From an uncultured virus (IMG/VR IMGVR_UViG_3300026478_000873) (taxonomy: Duplodnaviria; Heunggongvirae; Uroviricota; Caudoviricetes), in the IMG/VR virus record IMGVR_UViG_3300026478_000873: DNA of 64,000 nt; one strand, given 5' to 3'. Each line of letters opens with the position of its first letter. Position 1 is the first letter of the stretch. Made by a program: the position numbers and the translations under genes. The notes under the pieces were generated by a model. The model was not told the DNA's origin, did no database searches, and saw nothing but the letters and a program-made list of their open reading frames with translations. This document shows, one piece after another, positions 54,201 to 64,000 of the stretch.

Positions 54201-55822
54201 AGGTAATGGCTTTGGCTCCTCAAGCGCAGCGACTTCAAGCAGAGGCGGCCTTTAGGCAGCGGCAAATTAAAGCAGAAGAACAGTTGGCGCAAACCCCTGC
54301 TGTACTTGGTGCAATTCCACCTAGCGAAGGAGAAGGAAAGAAAAAGAAAGGGAAAGAACTTGATGAATATAATAGAAGTCAGCTCGATTTTATTAAGCAG
54401 CGTTTTGATAAAGAAAAACAAGTATTAGATCAGCAATTGCAAGCCAATTTGGTTTCAAAAACTTCTTACGATATTAAACTTGCTGAATTGACACTTGAAA
54501 CTGAAAGAGCTGAGTTACAGGAAAGATTCCGATTGGAATCAGAGAAAATCCAAAAGGATAATTTAAGTGCCGCCGATAAAGCTTTAGCGATTAAAGATCA
54601 AGAAGTGAAACTCGCCAATGGCTTGGCTATTGCCGAAAAACAGCGTGATATTGCGGTAAAGGGCGCCAAATTAGAACTGCGCCAGCCCTTCATCGAATCG
54701 CTGCGCAGCGAAAATATGGAAATTGACAAGCAAAATGCATTGATTGAAAGATTGAAAAAGGGATATAGCGATTTAACACCTGAACAAGAAGCATCATTTA
54801 TCATTGAAGAAAAAGTTGCAAGATTAAAGGCAGATGAACAAAAACTGATTCAAACAGATATCGATAATTTAAAACAGCAAATCCAATTACGCATTGAAAA
54901 CGCAAAGCTTTTAGAAAAAGAGCAAGGTTTGCAGTCGGCGCGACAAGGCTTAAACCTGATAGGAGCTGGTATGCAAGCGGGCTTCGCAGGAAGCGCGGCT
55001 AATGTTTTTGAAAGGACAATGGAACAATATGGAGATAGAAATTATGCCGCCCAATTGGCTGAAATTGAGACGGCAGCGATGAAACTTCGTAGTGTATTTG
55101 AGGGATTGCAGGGCGCCATTCAAAGCATTAGCGGAGCTTTTGCCAATGTTTTGACAGAGGGTGTGGCGGGAATGATTGCAGGCACTGCCACTGCAAAAGA
55201 AGTATTTGCCAACTTCTTGCAAAGCGTTGCGCAAGCACTGTCTCAAGCAGCAGCGCAAATGATTGCCACTTACATTGCTATTGGTGTTGCAAAAATGTTT
55301 GCAGGAATGGGAGGAGGCTCAAACGCTGACATGTCAAAAACGGGCATCAGCGAAGGAACTCTTGCTCCCATGCGTCAGTATTCAATGGAGGGTCCCTTGA
55401 CTGGCATGACTGGCATTGCGAATGGCGGATTCCTCTCTGGCGGTTTCCAAGCATTCGCCAACGGCGGCATGGTTGCTGGTCCCACTCTTGGACTCGTTGG
55501 CGAAGGCGGCGAAAGCGAATTTGTCATCCCATCTTCCAAGATGGAAGGTGCAATGAAGCGTTACAATGCAGGCGCACGAGGGGCTGGTGTGATTCCCGCT
55601 GGAAGGGATGTATCCTCCATGGAAACTGGTGGAATAATGGTTACAAGCCCAATCGACGTGAGATACACTGTAGAGCGTATCAATAGCATTGATTACGTCA
55701 CTGCCGATCAATTCCAGCAAGGCATGTCTCGCGCAGTGCAGCAAGGCGCTTTACAGGGTGAACAGCGCACACTCCGCAAGCTTCGTAATTCACAAACCAC
55801 TCGTTCTCGTGTTGGGATTTAA
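51206..55822 (+). CDS. tape measure protein
   Basis: 1538 aa; LGIASPSREF, QMASKGQVMSEELKGQL, C-terminal FANGG.V.GPT..LVGEGG. Confidence 0.92.
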   Translation: MAAQDAELKLKVSLDLAFFRQQLAGLGQAAAGTPLPVQIRFDRRSVQNELNALGANIRRRNYTLNVNTNLKAEIENASKLAKALNELGRSRGTAQQGINQQLGLGQLLKGPQSGGIGSKDVERLYRAAARAGILEYSKEVARTKASAVAALEEVGSDSVKGLLNGLKSEDEKLRAAAEYLGESLIKTVKNVLGIASPSREFKKIGQNVGEGFQQGMMSSMDKAFDAVEGLMRARMKVLDTIARGMFRMAGIDPAAIRAEAAQRRALPGVNFPATVPPRNVSIGPSGTGRALPPGAIPSALPGTAFGAQRYLPTALSDELKTILRGAAFAFVDSLKQQVRSTRIGLGATQQPLLGASRIAGLLPAGVGRAPSVYSTGAVGGETRAEMMARREREARMRSDLRGMDVIGGGAGRTPSPYSYAYRGARPTSAIVPYATGGAIVPQPSMAGGGAQPPAGGGGGRFGGFGGMIPGAGDFGRAIGGVNLPGTGTIRELGQEFGFAAKQVVLFGQAYKLLAFIQNLPAQVGAAVGQLQSFRNTLNAVTPSTEEARASNELLLGLMEKYNVPLQSARDGFTKLYASMAPAGFSGNEIRDLFTGITKAAATFGMSADKVDRVNYAFAQMASKGQVMSEELKGQLGDVLPGAMALFAEAAGFKGPKAIQDFSAALEDGAYKGEAMVALLKNVTVVMNKEFGPGAEGAARTFQGVMNRMQNSMALFYESFEPVAVGFLNSVVAPMTDGIKQLTDGLNAFFTGTAAKTAGGFAIAQELERLRPAFDGIGQNVSTFVVQLGELARVALDVGKVFLQIAGNPIVGYLAKLYAIALPINIALGVMRGLWAANALQLLIFNARVASGTSTLSAFRGMMAATGATAQTTAASIRTAGITLRTFFATTGVGLVVVGISMLIEKFLTMNQALADTKAKAMGAVQAIRSMSQTEARAAEQQAQSAYQTIGAIAGRGGTQQPGGDRLVPVSERELKQLQGLGAIRSQQTPGGPIYVKRSEVMALAPQAQRLQAEAAFRQRQIKAEEQLAQTPAVLGAIPPSEGEGKKKKGKELDEYNRSQLDFIKQRFDKEKQVLDQQLQANLVSKTSYDIKLAELTLETERAELQERFRLESEKIQKDNLSAADKALAIKDQEVKLANGLAIAEKQRDIAVKGAKLELRQPFIESLRSENMEIDKQNALIERLKKGYSDLTPEQEASFIIEEKVARLKADEQKLIQTDIDNLKQQIQLRIENAKLLEKEQGLQSARQGLNLIGAGMQAGFAGSAANVFERTMEQYGDRNYAAQLAEIETAAMKLRSVFEGLQGAIQSISGAFANVLTEGVAGMIAGTATAKEVFANFLQSVAQALSQAAAQMIATYIAIGVAKMFAGMGGGSNADMSKTGISEGTLAPMRQYSMEGPLTGMTGIANGGFLSGGFQAFANGGMVAGPTLGLVGEGGESEFVIPSSKMEGAMKRYNAGARGAGVIPAGRDVSSMETGGIMVTSPIDVRYTVERINSIDYVTADQFQQGMSRAVQQGALQGEQRTLRKLRNSQTTRSRVGI

Positions 55823-55825
55823 CAA

Positions 55826-56356
55826 ATGACTGCTCGCGACTACCCATTCTTCAGTGATCGTTTAGCTCTCGCTCAATATGTCACTTTTTACGAAGTGGCC
55901 AAAAATGGCTCTTTAAATGGAGTTTATAGAGGGCAAAATTTCTTTATTAACGAGCAAGTAGATTACGATAATGGCAATGGAGGGCAAGCTAAATACAACT
56001 TTGTACCTTTTGCTTTTACTGGCGTTACTGTTTCTAGGAACGGTGATAACGAAAGCACATCCTTAATTTTTCCTAACAATGCAGTGGTCCGAGTCTGGAC
56101 AACTGCTTTACTAGGAGCAGGAAGAAGATGGGTGGCACAAGTGGACACGTTAATTGTTGACCCTGATAATAGTGCAAAAAACAATCGCCTTTCTTCATAC
56201 ACAGGACAAGTAATTAGCGCGGGATGGGCTGGGCCACGATTGGAGATTCAACTCGGTTCAGTATTGGATGCTGTTGGAGCTGATGTGCCTCGCAGAAGAA
56301 TTACAGAAGGAGCTTTTGGACCATTGCCAACCACTGCTTCCATCCGTATGGCATGA
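55826..56356 (+). CDS. minor tail protein
   Basis: Position; SVLDAVGADVPRR motif. Confidence 0.6.
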   Translation: MTARDYPFFSDRLALAQYVTFYEVAKNGSLNGVYRGQNFFINEQVDYDNGNGGQAKYNFVPFAFTGVTVSRNGDNESTSLIFPNNAVVRVWTTALLGAGRRWVAQVDTLIVDPDNSAKNNRLSSYTGQVISAGWAGPRLEIQLGSVLDAVGADVPRRRITEGAFGPLPTTASIRMA

Positions 56357-56742
56357 CAATCTCGCCTTCATCCCTAATTGGGCGCCCATATAAGCTCGGT
56401 GCAGATGGAAGCGGAACTGAAATTGATTGCATTCATTTGGTATATGCCACTTGGCGTTATCTTGGTATTCCTTCGCCAGCGTTTGAAAATCAATGGTATG
56501 TGGCATCAAATAGGTATATAGCGAAAGCAATTTTGCGATGGGGCGCTAGGATACAAGCACCCTACCAGGACGGGGATTTATTGCTGCTACCAGACAAAAC
56601 ACACGTTTTTGCCGTGGTGTGGCAATCAGGCATCCTTTACATTAATAGAGACTTAGGAGCTGTTTCTTGGTGTCCATTGAGCGCAATTCCTCCATGTCAC
56701 GTTTTTCGATGCCGATCCTGCCTTACGAAAGGCAGCTCATAG
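56353..56742 (+). CDS. NlpC/P60-like tail assembly protein
   Basis: LIGRPY.LG.DG...IDCIHLV. Confidence 0.7.
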   Translation: MTISPSSLIGRPYKLGADGSGTEIDCIHLVYATWRYLGIPSPAFENQWYVASNRYIAKAILRWGARIQAPYQDGDLLLLPDKTHVFAVVWQSGILYINRDLGAVSWCPLSAIPPCHVFRCRSCLTKGSS

Positions 56743-59700
56743 AATTACTTGGCTGTAGCCCTGAGGAATATTGCGCTTTTAAAGAAGAAGTGATGCTGCG
56801 CTCCAAAGAGCGTCCAGCAGCGTACGAAGGCATCCCTGATATTGTCAATGGTGAAACGGCGTGGATTATTGCATCAATTATTATTTCCATTGGCAGCACT
56901 GCAGCGAGTTATTTTCTTGCTCCAAAACCTCCCGAAGCCGGTGGAACAAAACAACGAAATAGACAGCTAGATAGCATTGTCGGGCGTGATAGATTTGCTC
57001 CCACTTTTGGTTTTCAAGCGGGACAAGATATTTCTCGCTACGGCGAATCCATCCCCATTGTTTTTACAAAGCATTTTTATCAAGGATTCCTGCGTCAATA
57101 CATTGGCGGGGTAATGATTAGCCCCAAGCTTGTATGGTCTCGTTCTTATAGCTGGGGACGTTTTCAAAGCATCGATATGATGTTCTTAGCAGGGCAAGGC
57201 CAAATGGGGCGTGGCCCTTATTCCACTGCAGCAGAAATTGCAGAAGATCGAGCTGGTGTTTATATTGGGCAGTCTCCCATTGATTCCCTTCTTCCTTCTG
57301 ATTATCGATGGTTTTATTATCAGGGAGCTGCTGCAAATAGTAATGGCATTGGCTATGCAAATGATAGTAGGCTTGTTGCGACGCACCATCGCCATGGAGA
57401 TTGGGGGGATGATGGTCCTCCTAATTCTGCGTTCTATGCCCCGTCTTTTGCTGGTGGTGACGCAGCCGGCTTTAGTCACTGTTTTTCTCCTTCTACGCAG
57501 CTTCAATTTGGCGTATATGGAGCTATTCCTAATGGCACACCTTTACGCTTAAATTGGCAAATTATAAGCAACATTGATGACTACACAGACGAAACAAGAG
57601 ATAGCAATAGGGCTAAGCGTGTGATGATTTGTGGCAATACCAGCATGAATGGCATTGGCAGGAATTATCCGAGGCAAATTGGAATTGTATTGCATAATAA
57701 TTACGCCACTTCATTCACTGGAGACAACGGGGAATATAGAACTATTCAAAAAGGAGATACTATTACTCTTATATATAATGCGCAGCGGCTTCAAAGACAG
57801 TTTTACGCAGAAAGTTATATCGATGAAGACAACATAGATACGCGGGGCCTTGATAACACTGAAATAATCACAACATCGCAGTCTGAGCTTGAAAAATACG
57901 ACGAGGTGTTGCAGCGTGGCACTTATTTCTTCGTGGGCAATTGTAAATTTATTGTCGACTCAAGAACACCAGCAGATGAAATTTATAATAAGCGCACCAG
58001 GAAGGCATTTTCTATCAAATTAAAATGTGTTGAAGTTTATCCAGATAAACTTGGCTTTGGCCGCATTGGCATTTGCAATCCATCATATGTCAATAGCACC
58101 ACTCCACTTCCGCGCAGCAGGGCTGCAGTCGGTACAGATATTGGGGCTCCATGGTTTCCCTTGTGTCAGGCAGAGGTGGCTTCGTTCCAGAACACTCGCA
58201 AGTGTCAATACACGGAAATAGGGATTAAGTCTAATGTTTGGTTGCGTTTCAATAATTTATGTAACTTTACAAACCTTCCAGAACCGGAGGCTCTTGATAA
58301 CTTTGATAGCAAAAATATTATACTGTCTGCTGGTACATTACAAACATATACCACAAGGGCTTCGTTTTTCTTTATTTACGTAAAGCCCGCCAATGCTTCT
58401 TCTTCTCAAGACTGGCATTTGATTACTGACATCCCATTTTGCGTCACAGGTTCATCTCCTCAGGATAAATTTAACTTTATTCGCATTGCCCATAATTTTG
58501 ATCAGTTTGAGTATCAATTGCGCCCAGTATCATCTTCTGAAATTGTTCATATTATTGGGCGAGATCAATATTGTTTCAGGCTTAACGCCGAGGCGTCATT
58601 CTTGCCTCAAGAAACAAAGCAGACGCCTTATGGTCCCTTCACTGTTTATACCAAGGGAACAAAGGATCAAATAAGCAGCTTTGCTACTAATGATGAATTG
58701 ATTAATACAAATATTGATAAGGATGCTCAGTATTATACGGATACCGAAATTGGCGTAAAATTTGTTCGCGCAACATTGCTTAGCAACGGAAGTACGGCAT
58801 CTCCAAACCAATTAAGCAACGCAATTAGCAAGGCTATTAATAAGGACGCCGATCCAAATGCTTCTGAACAGGGATTTCCCGATATCCCATGGGGAGGCAT
58901 TGGCGAGGGCAGTATTTACACTTTCACAAATCCAGAAGCAAACTTGTTTAGTGTTGCCCTTTCTAAGAGTGGCCTCTCCAAGGAAATGTCATTAAAAATG
59001 GACATTCAAGTGTATAAAGGAACTGCGTCAGGTGACAGAGATTTGTTTTGGCGCATTGTTGATATTCGGCCAATTAATGTCACATCTGATAATAATTTTA
59101 AGTGGAGCAAGGGAGACGTATTTACGATTACAAAATCACTAATCAATCCTATTGATTCTGTTGTTTTTCATTTTGAAGTTACTCGTGGCATCTCTGGAAA
59201 GCTGCCTAATGCAACCGTGGCACCTGGGCAGTACGAACGTATTTTTGAAGGTAATTCTGCCATCGCTGAAGTTTCGCACTATGGAGATTTAATTAGCAGG
59301 AGTTGCGACAATGGCCCGGAGCATGAAGTGGTATATGTAAATGAAAGCCTTACGCCAACAAATATTCCCACTTATGAAGGATGCGCAATGGCCGGTCTTC
59401 GCATTCGCAGCGGACGCAACATGAGCCAGTTGGAGCAGCTTCATTTATATCAAAAGAATGGCATTCAAGTGGAGCTTGTAAGGAGCACTGGAAAGCCTTA
59501 CGCGGTTGGTCCGTCGAATATATTTACGGATCTTGTGTATTATTTGCTGACCAACAAGCAAGCTGGCATGGGAGGATTAGTTGGTGATTCAGTGGTTGAT
59601 GTAGAGAGTTTTCAAGAAACCGCAAAATTTCTTGAAAGTAATTATTTGTATTACGACGATGTAATTACGGAGCCTAAAAATCTTAGGGATTTTATTGCTT

Positions 59701-60569
59701 CCATCGTCCCATCATTACTATGCACATTGTCCACTCGCAATGGGAAGATTGCTATTACTCCGGCATTACCCGCTCAGCGCACTGGATCTATTGAACCATT
59801 GGTAAGCGTGCCAATTCGTGCAATGTTTACTGATGGCAATATTATTGAAGACTCCTTTGAGCTGCAGCACATTTCTGCTGACGACAGAAAACCATTCAAG
59901 GCGTCCATTCGTTATAGGCAAGAAAAGACGAATCAATTCCCGGAAGAAAAAAATATTGTCGTCTACTACAACGACCAAGCTGATGCTCCTATTGAGCAAT
60001 TTGATTTCACTCACATTACTTCACGCATCCATGCAGAGCAGGCAGCCAAGTATTTGTTGAGTTCACGCAGAAATATTACGCATACTATTAGCTTCAAGGC
60101 TGTGCCATATGGCATTGCATTGGCTCCAGGCGATTACATTCGCGTTGTAACGCAAAGTAATATTTTTGATCCCGATGCAAATAATGGCGTCATCTTAGAC
60201 GATCAAGATGACAATGCAAATGATCCGCGCAAAGGTAACTTTGCTGGTGGCACCATTGTTTCTTTTGAGCCAATTCCAGATGGAAACCACCCGGTGTTTT
60301 TATGGGACAGGACAAATCAAGATGTGCAGGATACAACTATTTTGGTAAAGGATGGAATGGCTTTTAATCAGCGCAATGCCATGTTCTGTCTTCGCAAAGA
60401 CATTAATAGGGAAGAAGTGTACACGGTTGAATCTCTTCAGTTAGATGAAGATGGAATGGTAATGATTACTGCCAGTTATTTTCCTCTTTATGGCGGCACA
60501 GATTACAGTAAAATTGCATATGAGGTGGTACGCGGTGGACAAATTGGTTTCACCGTCGAAGCAAACTAA
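56709..60569 (+). CDS. tail tip / host-specificity (J-like) protein
   Basis: ~1290 aa; YGESIPIVF, SN.F.DLVYYLLT, FTDGNIIEDSF, L.PGDYI. Confidence 0.8.
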   Translation: MPILPYERQLIELLGCSPEEYCAFKEEVMLRSKERPAAYEGIPDIVNGETAWIIASIIISIGSTAASYFLAPKPPEAGGTKQRNRQLDSIVGRDRFAPTFGFQAGQDISRYGESIPIVFTKHFYQGFLRQYIGGVMISPKLVWSRSYSWGRFQSIDMMFLAGQGQMGRGPYSTAAEIAEDRAGVYIGQSPIDSLLPSDYRWFYYQGAAANSNGIGYANDSRLVATHHRHGDWGDDGPPNSAFYAPSFAGGDAAGFSHCFSPSTQLQFGVYGAIPNGTPLRLNWQIISNIDDYTDETRDSNRAKRVMICGNTSMNGIGRNYPRQIGIVLHNNYATSFTGDNGEYRTIQKGDTITLIYNAQRLQRQFYAESYIDEDNIDTRGLDNTEIITTSQSELEKYDEVLQRGTYFFVGNCKFIVDSRTPADEIYNKRTRKAFSIKLKCVEVYPDKLGFGRIGICNPSYVNSTTPLPRSRAAVGTDIGAPWFPLCQAEVASFQNTRKCQYTEIGIKSNVWLRFNNLCNFTNLPEPEALDNFDSKNIILSAGTLQTYTTRASFFFIYVKPANASSSQDWHLITDIPFCVTGSSPQDKFNFIRIAHNFDQFEYQLRPVSSSEIVHIIGRDQYCFRLNAEASFLPQETKQTPYGPFTVYTKGTKDQISSFATNDELINTNIDKDAQYYTDTEIGVKFVRATLLSNGSTASPNQLSNAISKAINKDADPNASEQGFPDIPWGGIGEGSIYTFTNPEANLFSVALSKSGLSKEMSLKMDIQVYKGTASGDRDLFWRIVDIRPINVTSDNNFKWSKGDVFTITKSLINPIDSVVFHFEVTRGISGKLPNATVAPGQYERIFEGNSAIAEVSHYGDLISRSCDNGPEHEVVYVNESLTPTNIPTYEGCAMAGLRIRSGRNMSQLEQLHLYQKNGIQVELVRSTGKPYAVGPSNIFTDLVYYLLTNKQAGMGGLVGDSVVDVESFQETAKFLESNYLYYDDVITEPKNLRDFIASIVPSLLCTLSTRNGKIAITPALPAQRTGSIEPLVSVPIRAMFTDGNIIEDSFELQHISADDRKPFKASIRYRQEKTNQFPEEKNIVVYYNDQADAPIEQFDFTHITSRIHAEQAAKYLLSSRRNITHTISFKAVPYGIALAPGDYIRVVTQSNIFDPDANNGVILDDQDDNANDPRKGNFAGGTIVSFEPIPDGNHPVFLWDRTNQDVQDTTILVKDGMAFNQRNAMFCLRKDINREEVYTVESLQLDEDGMVMITASYFPLYGGTDYSKIAYEVVRGGQIGFTVEAN

Positions 60570-60571
60570 TC

Positions 60572-60952
60572 ATGAGTCTTCCAGACATCACGCCCACTTC
60601 TCGATCACTAAATCTTGGTCCATGGCCGCTTAAAACTTTCCGTCTCAATAATGGAGCTGAAATTCGGCGTCTTTATGGCAATAGGCGAAATAATTTAGAG
60701 CTTGAACTTACCTACGAAAACTTACCAGACAGCGTGGCAAATCAATTTAGAGAGAAATATGATGATACAAAGGGAGGGTTTGATACATTTCGACTTCCAG
60801 GCAATACATTTGCTGGGTGGACAAGTGACTCTGGCACCTATATTGGACCCACTGCCAACGTTTGGAGATATAAAGAGCCTCCCACTATTACCAATGTAAA
60901 AAGAGGTGTTAGCACTGTGCAGGTGGTCTTAATTAGCGTGTTTGTTCAATAA
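60572..60952 (+). CDS. distal / minor tail protein
   Basis: L.LTYENL...GGF.TF.LP...WRY..PP. Confidence 0.6.
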   Translation: MSLPDITPTSRSLNLGPWPLKTFRLNNGAEIRRLYGNRRNNLELELTYENLPDSVANQFREKYDDTKGGFDTFRLPGNTFAGWTSDSGTYIGPTANVWRYKEPPTITNVKRGVSTVQVVLISVFVQ

Positions 60953-60994
60953 GACACGTTGGAACAATTAGACTAATTAGTAGGTGACTGTGCT

Positions 60995-61435
60995 ATGACT
61001 TATTTCACTGGACGAAATGGGAAAATGGTGGTCGGTGGTTCTACCATCGCCAAGGTTACATCATGGTCCATGAACGCAGACTTGGACCTTTTGGAAACCA
61101 CTGCATTAAATGATGCCAATAAAAGTTTTGTAGCCAATCTTCCTACTTATACTGGTAGTGCCACAATTTTATATTACAAAGATGCTGCTGGCGCCTTTGA
61201 AACTGATGGCATTTTTGGCAGATTATTAAGGCGAAACGCATCACTAGCAACTGCTACTTTGCGGCTACAAATAGCGGACGGTAACACTGTGCGAGAAGTA
61301 GTTTTAGAAGCATTTATTACATCATTAGCCATTGGAAGTTCTGTGGGAGAAATCGTATCAGCAGATATTAATTTCCAGGCAACGGGAGACCTTGCCGATC
61401 CTACGGCTCAAGCACCTGCTGGTGTTGCATTGTAA
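60995..61435 (+). CDS. tail-tube-like protein
   Basis: KVTSWS...LETTAL...FITS...GEIVSA.INFQATG. Confidence 0.6.
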   Translation: MTYFTGRNGKMVVGGSTIAKVTSWSMNADLDLLETTALNDANKSFVANLPTYTGSATILYYKDAAGAFETDGIFGRLLRRNASLATATLRLQIADGNTVREVVLEAFITSLAIGSSVGEIVSADINFQATGDLADPTAQAPAGVAL

Positions 61436-61437
61436 TC

Positions 61438-62358
61438 ATGAGTGTTTATCTTGGACATCGAGGGCGAATTGAACTGCAGCGCACTGGGCAGTCAAAGATT
61501 GTCACCAATGTATTGGCTAATCATGTCAATGCCGATTTAGATCGGCTTCAATTGGATTTTGGTCAAGAGAACGGAGTGGATTTATTATGCCCTTTTAATA
61601 ATGGCGATGAGATAGAATTTCGCGGGCCAATAAACGCCGCAGGAAATCGCACATTATTATCTTTTGTATCGGCTAGTGGCTGGTCAGATGGCAATCAGCA
61701 TGGCTCTGGAAAATGGTTTGTTAATGTTGATGACCTAGGTGGAATACGCCTTTATTCAAGTTTTGAGGCAAGTCTGGCTGGAGATACTGGTACGTCTATT
61801 CCATTGGAAACACTTGCTAATGATATTGACAATGTAGAACTAGAGCTTGCAAATAATATCCCGCGCATACTAGGCAGGGCTATTTCTTGGGAATTAAATA
61901 CAACCAGGGAGAATGTTGATACGACTGTATTAATGGATCAATTCAGGAGTCAATGGTCGAGTTTGATGTCTGGAAGTGGGCGAATTAATGCTCAATGGAA
62001 TTACAGAGAAGAAGTTGGAGAAACCGGAATTGATATTTCCAATTATTTTCTACAGCTAGCTTTGCGTACTGAAATTGGGGCTCAGTTTAAGGCTCAATTG
62101 TTCCTTAAAACTCCTGGAGCTGGAGGCTTAAATCCAGACGGCACTGACGACGCGCTTTGGTATGACATTTCTGGAGTGGTTACGCAAGCGGGGGTGCAAG
62201 TGTCGCCAGATGCATTGATAGAAGTTGGAATAGATTTTATTACAACGGGACCAATTAAATTACTTGCTCGTACTATTCCATTGGATGTTATCTTGCAGGA
62301 AAATGGAGATGATCTTTTGTTAGATGGTTTAGTTGCTGGCCGCCTCTTGCTAGAGTGA
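61438..62358 (+). CDS. tail protein with tube-like C-terminal domain
   Basis: WELNT.RE.VDTT...SGSG...IDFITTGPI. Confidence 0.6.
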   Translation: MSVYLGHRGRIELQRTGQSKIVTNVLANHVNADLDRLQLDFGQENGVDLLCPFNNGDEIEFRGPINAAGNRTLLSFVSASGWSDGNQHGSGKWFVNVDDLGGIRLYSSFEASLAGDTGTSIPLETLANDIDNVELELANNIPRILGRAISWELNTTRENVDTTVLMDQFRSQWSSLMSGSGRINAQWNYREEVGETGIDISNYFLQLALRTEIGAQFKAQLFLKTPGAGGLNPDGTDDALWYDISGVVTQAGVQVSPDALIEVGIDFITTGPIKLLARTIPLDVILQENGDDLLLDGLVAGRLLLE

Positions 62359-62386
62359 GGCATAGCGTAAAAAGCAGCGCTGAATT

Positions 62387-64000
62387 ATGGCCGACCTTAA
62401 AATTTCTCAACTTACAGAACTTGCTGCCGCTGATTTGGCAAGCGATGATGTGTTGGCTGTTGTTAATCTTGGCACTGGAGAAACGCGAAAAATCAAGGCC
62501 ACTTCATTAATTAATAGAAGCGTAATTTTTCTTTCTGGCAGTACCATTTCTGGAAGTGCTGTTAATTTTAGTAGCGTTACTATTAGTGGAACATCTTTAG
62601 CAAGCGGCACAGTTTCGTCTGGTAATATTGCGTTTAATTCAATTACTGCTCAATTATTGGCAGACAATAGCGTCAATGTAGTAGACAGCGCTCTGCCAGC
62701 GTCTGGTGAATTTTTAGGGCAATTTGCTACTACAACTGGAGATGATTTTATTTATGCATGGGATGGATCATCTTGGTCTCCTATTAAAGCGGCTGGATCT
62801 ATTGCTTCTGTTAGTGGTGTAGCATCTGGCATTGTAAATATTGCTTCTATTACAACTAGCGGAAATGCCGTCATTAGTGGTTATTTATCTGCCACTACTT
62901 CCGGCTCTCAATTCCTAGCTGGGCCGACTGGAGCTGGAGGATCAGTATATTATCGCCCTATTGAATCTTCCGATCTTCCCATTGCTACCACGGCCCAAGC
63001 GGGAGCTGTCATTATCAATGGAAATGGCCTGACGCTAAGTGGCAACACTGTTGCCATTGACAATTTTATTTCCACTGCTTCTGGCTTTTTAGGCGTTGCA
63101 GTTAATGAATATGGCTTGATTACTCATACCAGGGCTGTTGTTGGAGCGGATCTCCCCATTGCTCAATCTGGAATTACTGGAGCGGTTCAGCCCGGTACTG
63201 GCCTTGATGTGGATGGTGTGGGAACTATTGGCCATTCCAACTCCATTGCATCTGGAGTGGTAAACGGCATTACATTTGATACTGAAGGGCACATTACAAA
63301 TGCCATCCCATTAATTGCAGCAGATATTCCAAATCTTGATGCCAGCAAGATAACGACTGGCACCCTTGACAATGCGCGCATAGCTGCTCAAAGTATTGTG
63401 GGCGCCAAACTGGCCGATAGGTCTACGGCGCAATTCGGTGATAATCAACCCACTGCAGAATATATTGGCCAGCTTTATTTTAATAGCCTTTCACGAGATA
63501 TTTATATTTGGGACGGCAACGTTTGGCAGCCGATTGGTATTTCAGTTGGTGAAATTGTATTCGCCGGTACATACGATGCAGGTACCAATTTAGTTGCTTC
63601 TGTGACCAGCGATGGTTCTGCTGTTGGCTTAGTAGTTGGACAAGCACTGCCTGCTGCCGCCACTGCAAATAATAGATATTATCTTGTTGTTTCGGAAGCA
63701 GGCACTGGCACTGGTAATGCACCAAATGTAGCGCTTGCACCTCCAGATATTATTCTTTCCAATGGAAGCGCATGGACTGAAATTGACGTTAGTCAAACTC
63801 TTACTAACGTAACAGCAAACCAAGTTTCCTATACGCCCGCTGGAAACATTGCTGCAACAAATGTACAAGCGGCATTGGATGAATTAGATAATGAAAAGCT
63901 TGCCGTAAGCGGCGGGACAGTTACGGGAGTAATTACCCTTAGCAATACAAGTAGTGGCATTGCTTTTGAAGGCACTACTGATAATGCTTTTGAGACTTTA
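62387..64000 (+). CDS. tail fibre protein (partial, runs off window)
   Basis: MADLKISQLTEL...; DLPIA repeats; DIPNLDASKITTGT; open to window end. Confidence 0.85.
   Translation, partial: MADLKISQLTELAAADLASDDVLAVVNLGTGETRKIKATSLINRSVIFLSGSTISGSAVNFSSVTISGTSLASGTVSSGNIAFNSITAQLLADNSVNVVDSALPASGEFLGQFATTTGDDFIYAWDGSSWSPIKAAGSIASVSGVASGIVNIASITTSGNAVISGYLSATTSGSQFLAGPTGAGGSVYYRPIESSDLPIATTAQAGAVIINGNGLTLSGNTVAIDNFISTASGFLGVAVNEYGLITHTRAVVGADLPIAQSGITGAVQPGTGLDVDGVGTIGHSNSIASGVVNGITFDTEGHITNAIPLIAADIPNLDASKITTGTLDNARIAAQSIVGAKLADRSTAQFGDNQPTAEYIGQLYFNSLSRDIYIWDGNVWQPIGISVGEIVFAGTYDAGTNLVASVTSDGSAVGLVVGQALPAAATANNRYYLVVSEAGTGTGNAPNVALAPPDIILSNGSAWTEIDVSQTLTNVTANQVSYTPAGNIAATNVQAALDELDNEKLAVSGGTVTGVITLSNTSSGIAFEGTTDNAFETL

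Overview
About 64 kb of a tailed dsDNA phage genome with siphovirus-type head and tail genes. The host is most likely a freshwater picocyanobacterium, inferred from a short cyanophage-type class I RNR, an NblA-like gene, a glutamine-II riboswitch before a YRG peptide and HLR1-like promoter boxes. Gene order: tail-fibre region with an inverted tyrosine recombinase (1-4.6 kb); lysis (4.9-6.6 kb); nucleotide metabolism, recombination and replication (6.7-15.4 kb); small early genes behind repeated promoter modules (15.5-26.5 kb); structured non-coding region (26.5-28 kb); RNR, tRNA-Leu and riboswitch (28.5-32.3 kb); terminase and portal; a 7-gene sugar-modification cassette inside the head module; then head and tail genes to the window end. 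Best candidate for a new system: the arm-less tyrosine recombinase with a 15-bp site (TAGWG-N5-GRCTW) that brackets the tail-fibre gene and, 19 kb away, a GC-rich single gene, suggesting integron- or shufflon-like cassette exchange. Also notable: HLR1 (RpaB)-like boxes at a fixed position in 7 promoters, three -1 frameshift signals with hairpins and several candidate structured RNAs. All calls are by eye from the sequence and recalled family motifs; no searches were run.
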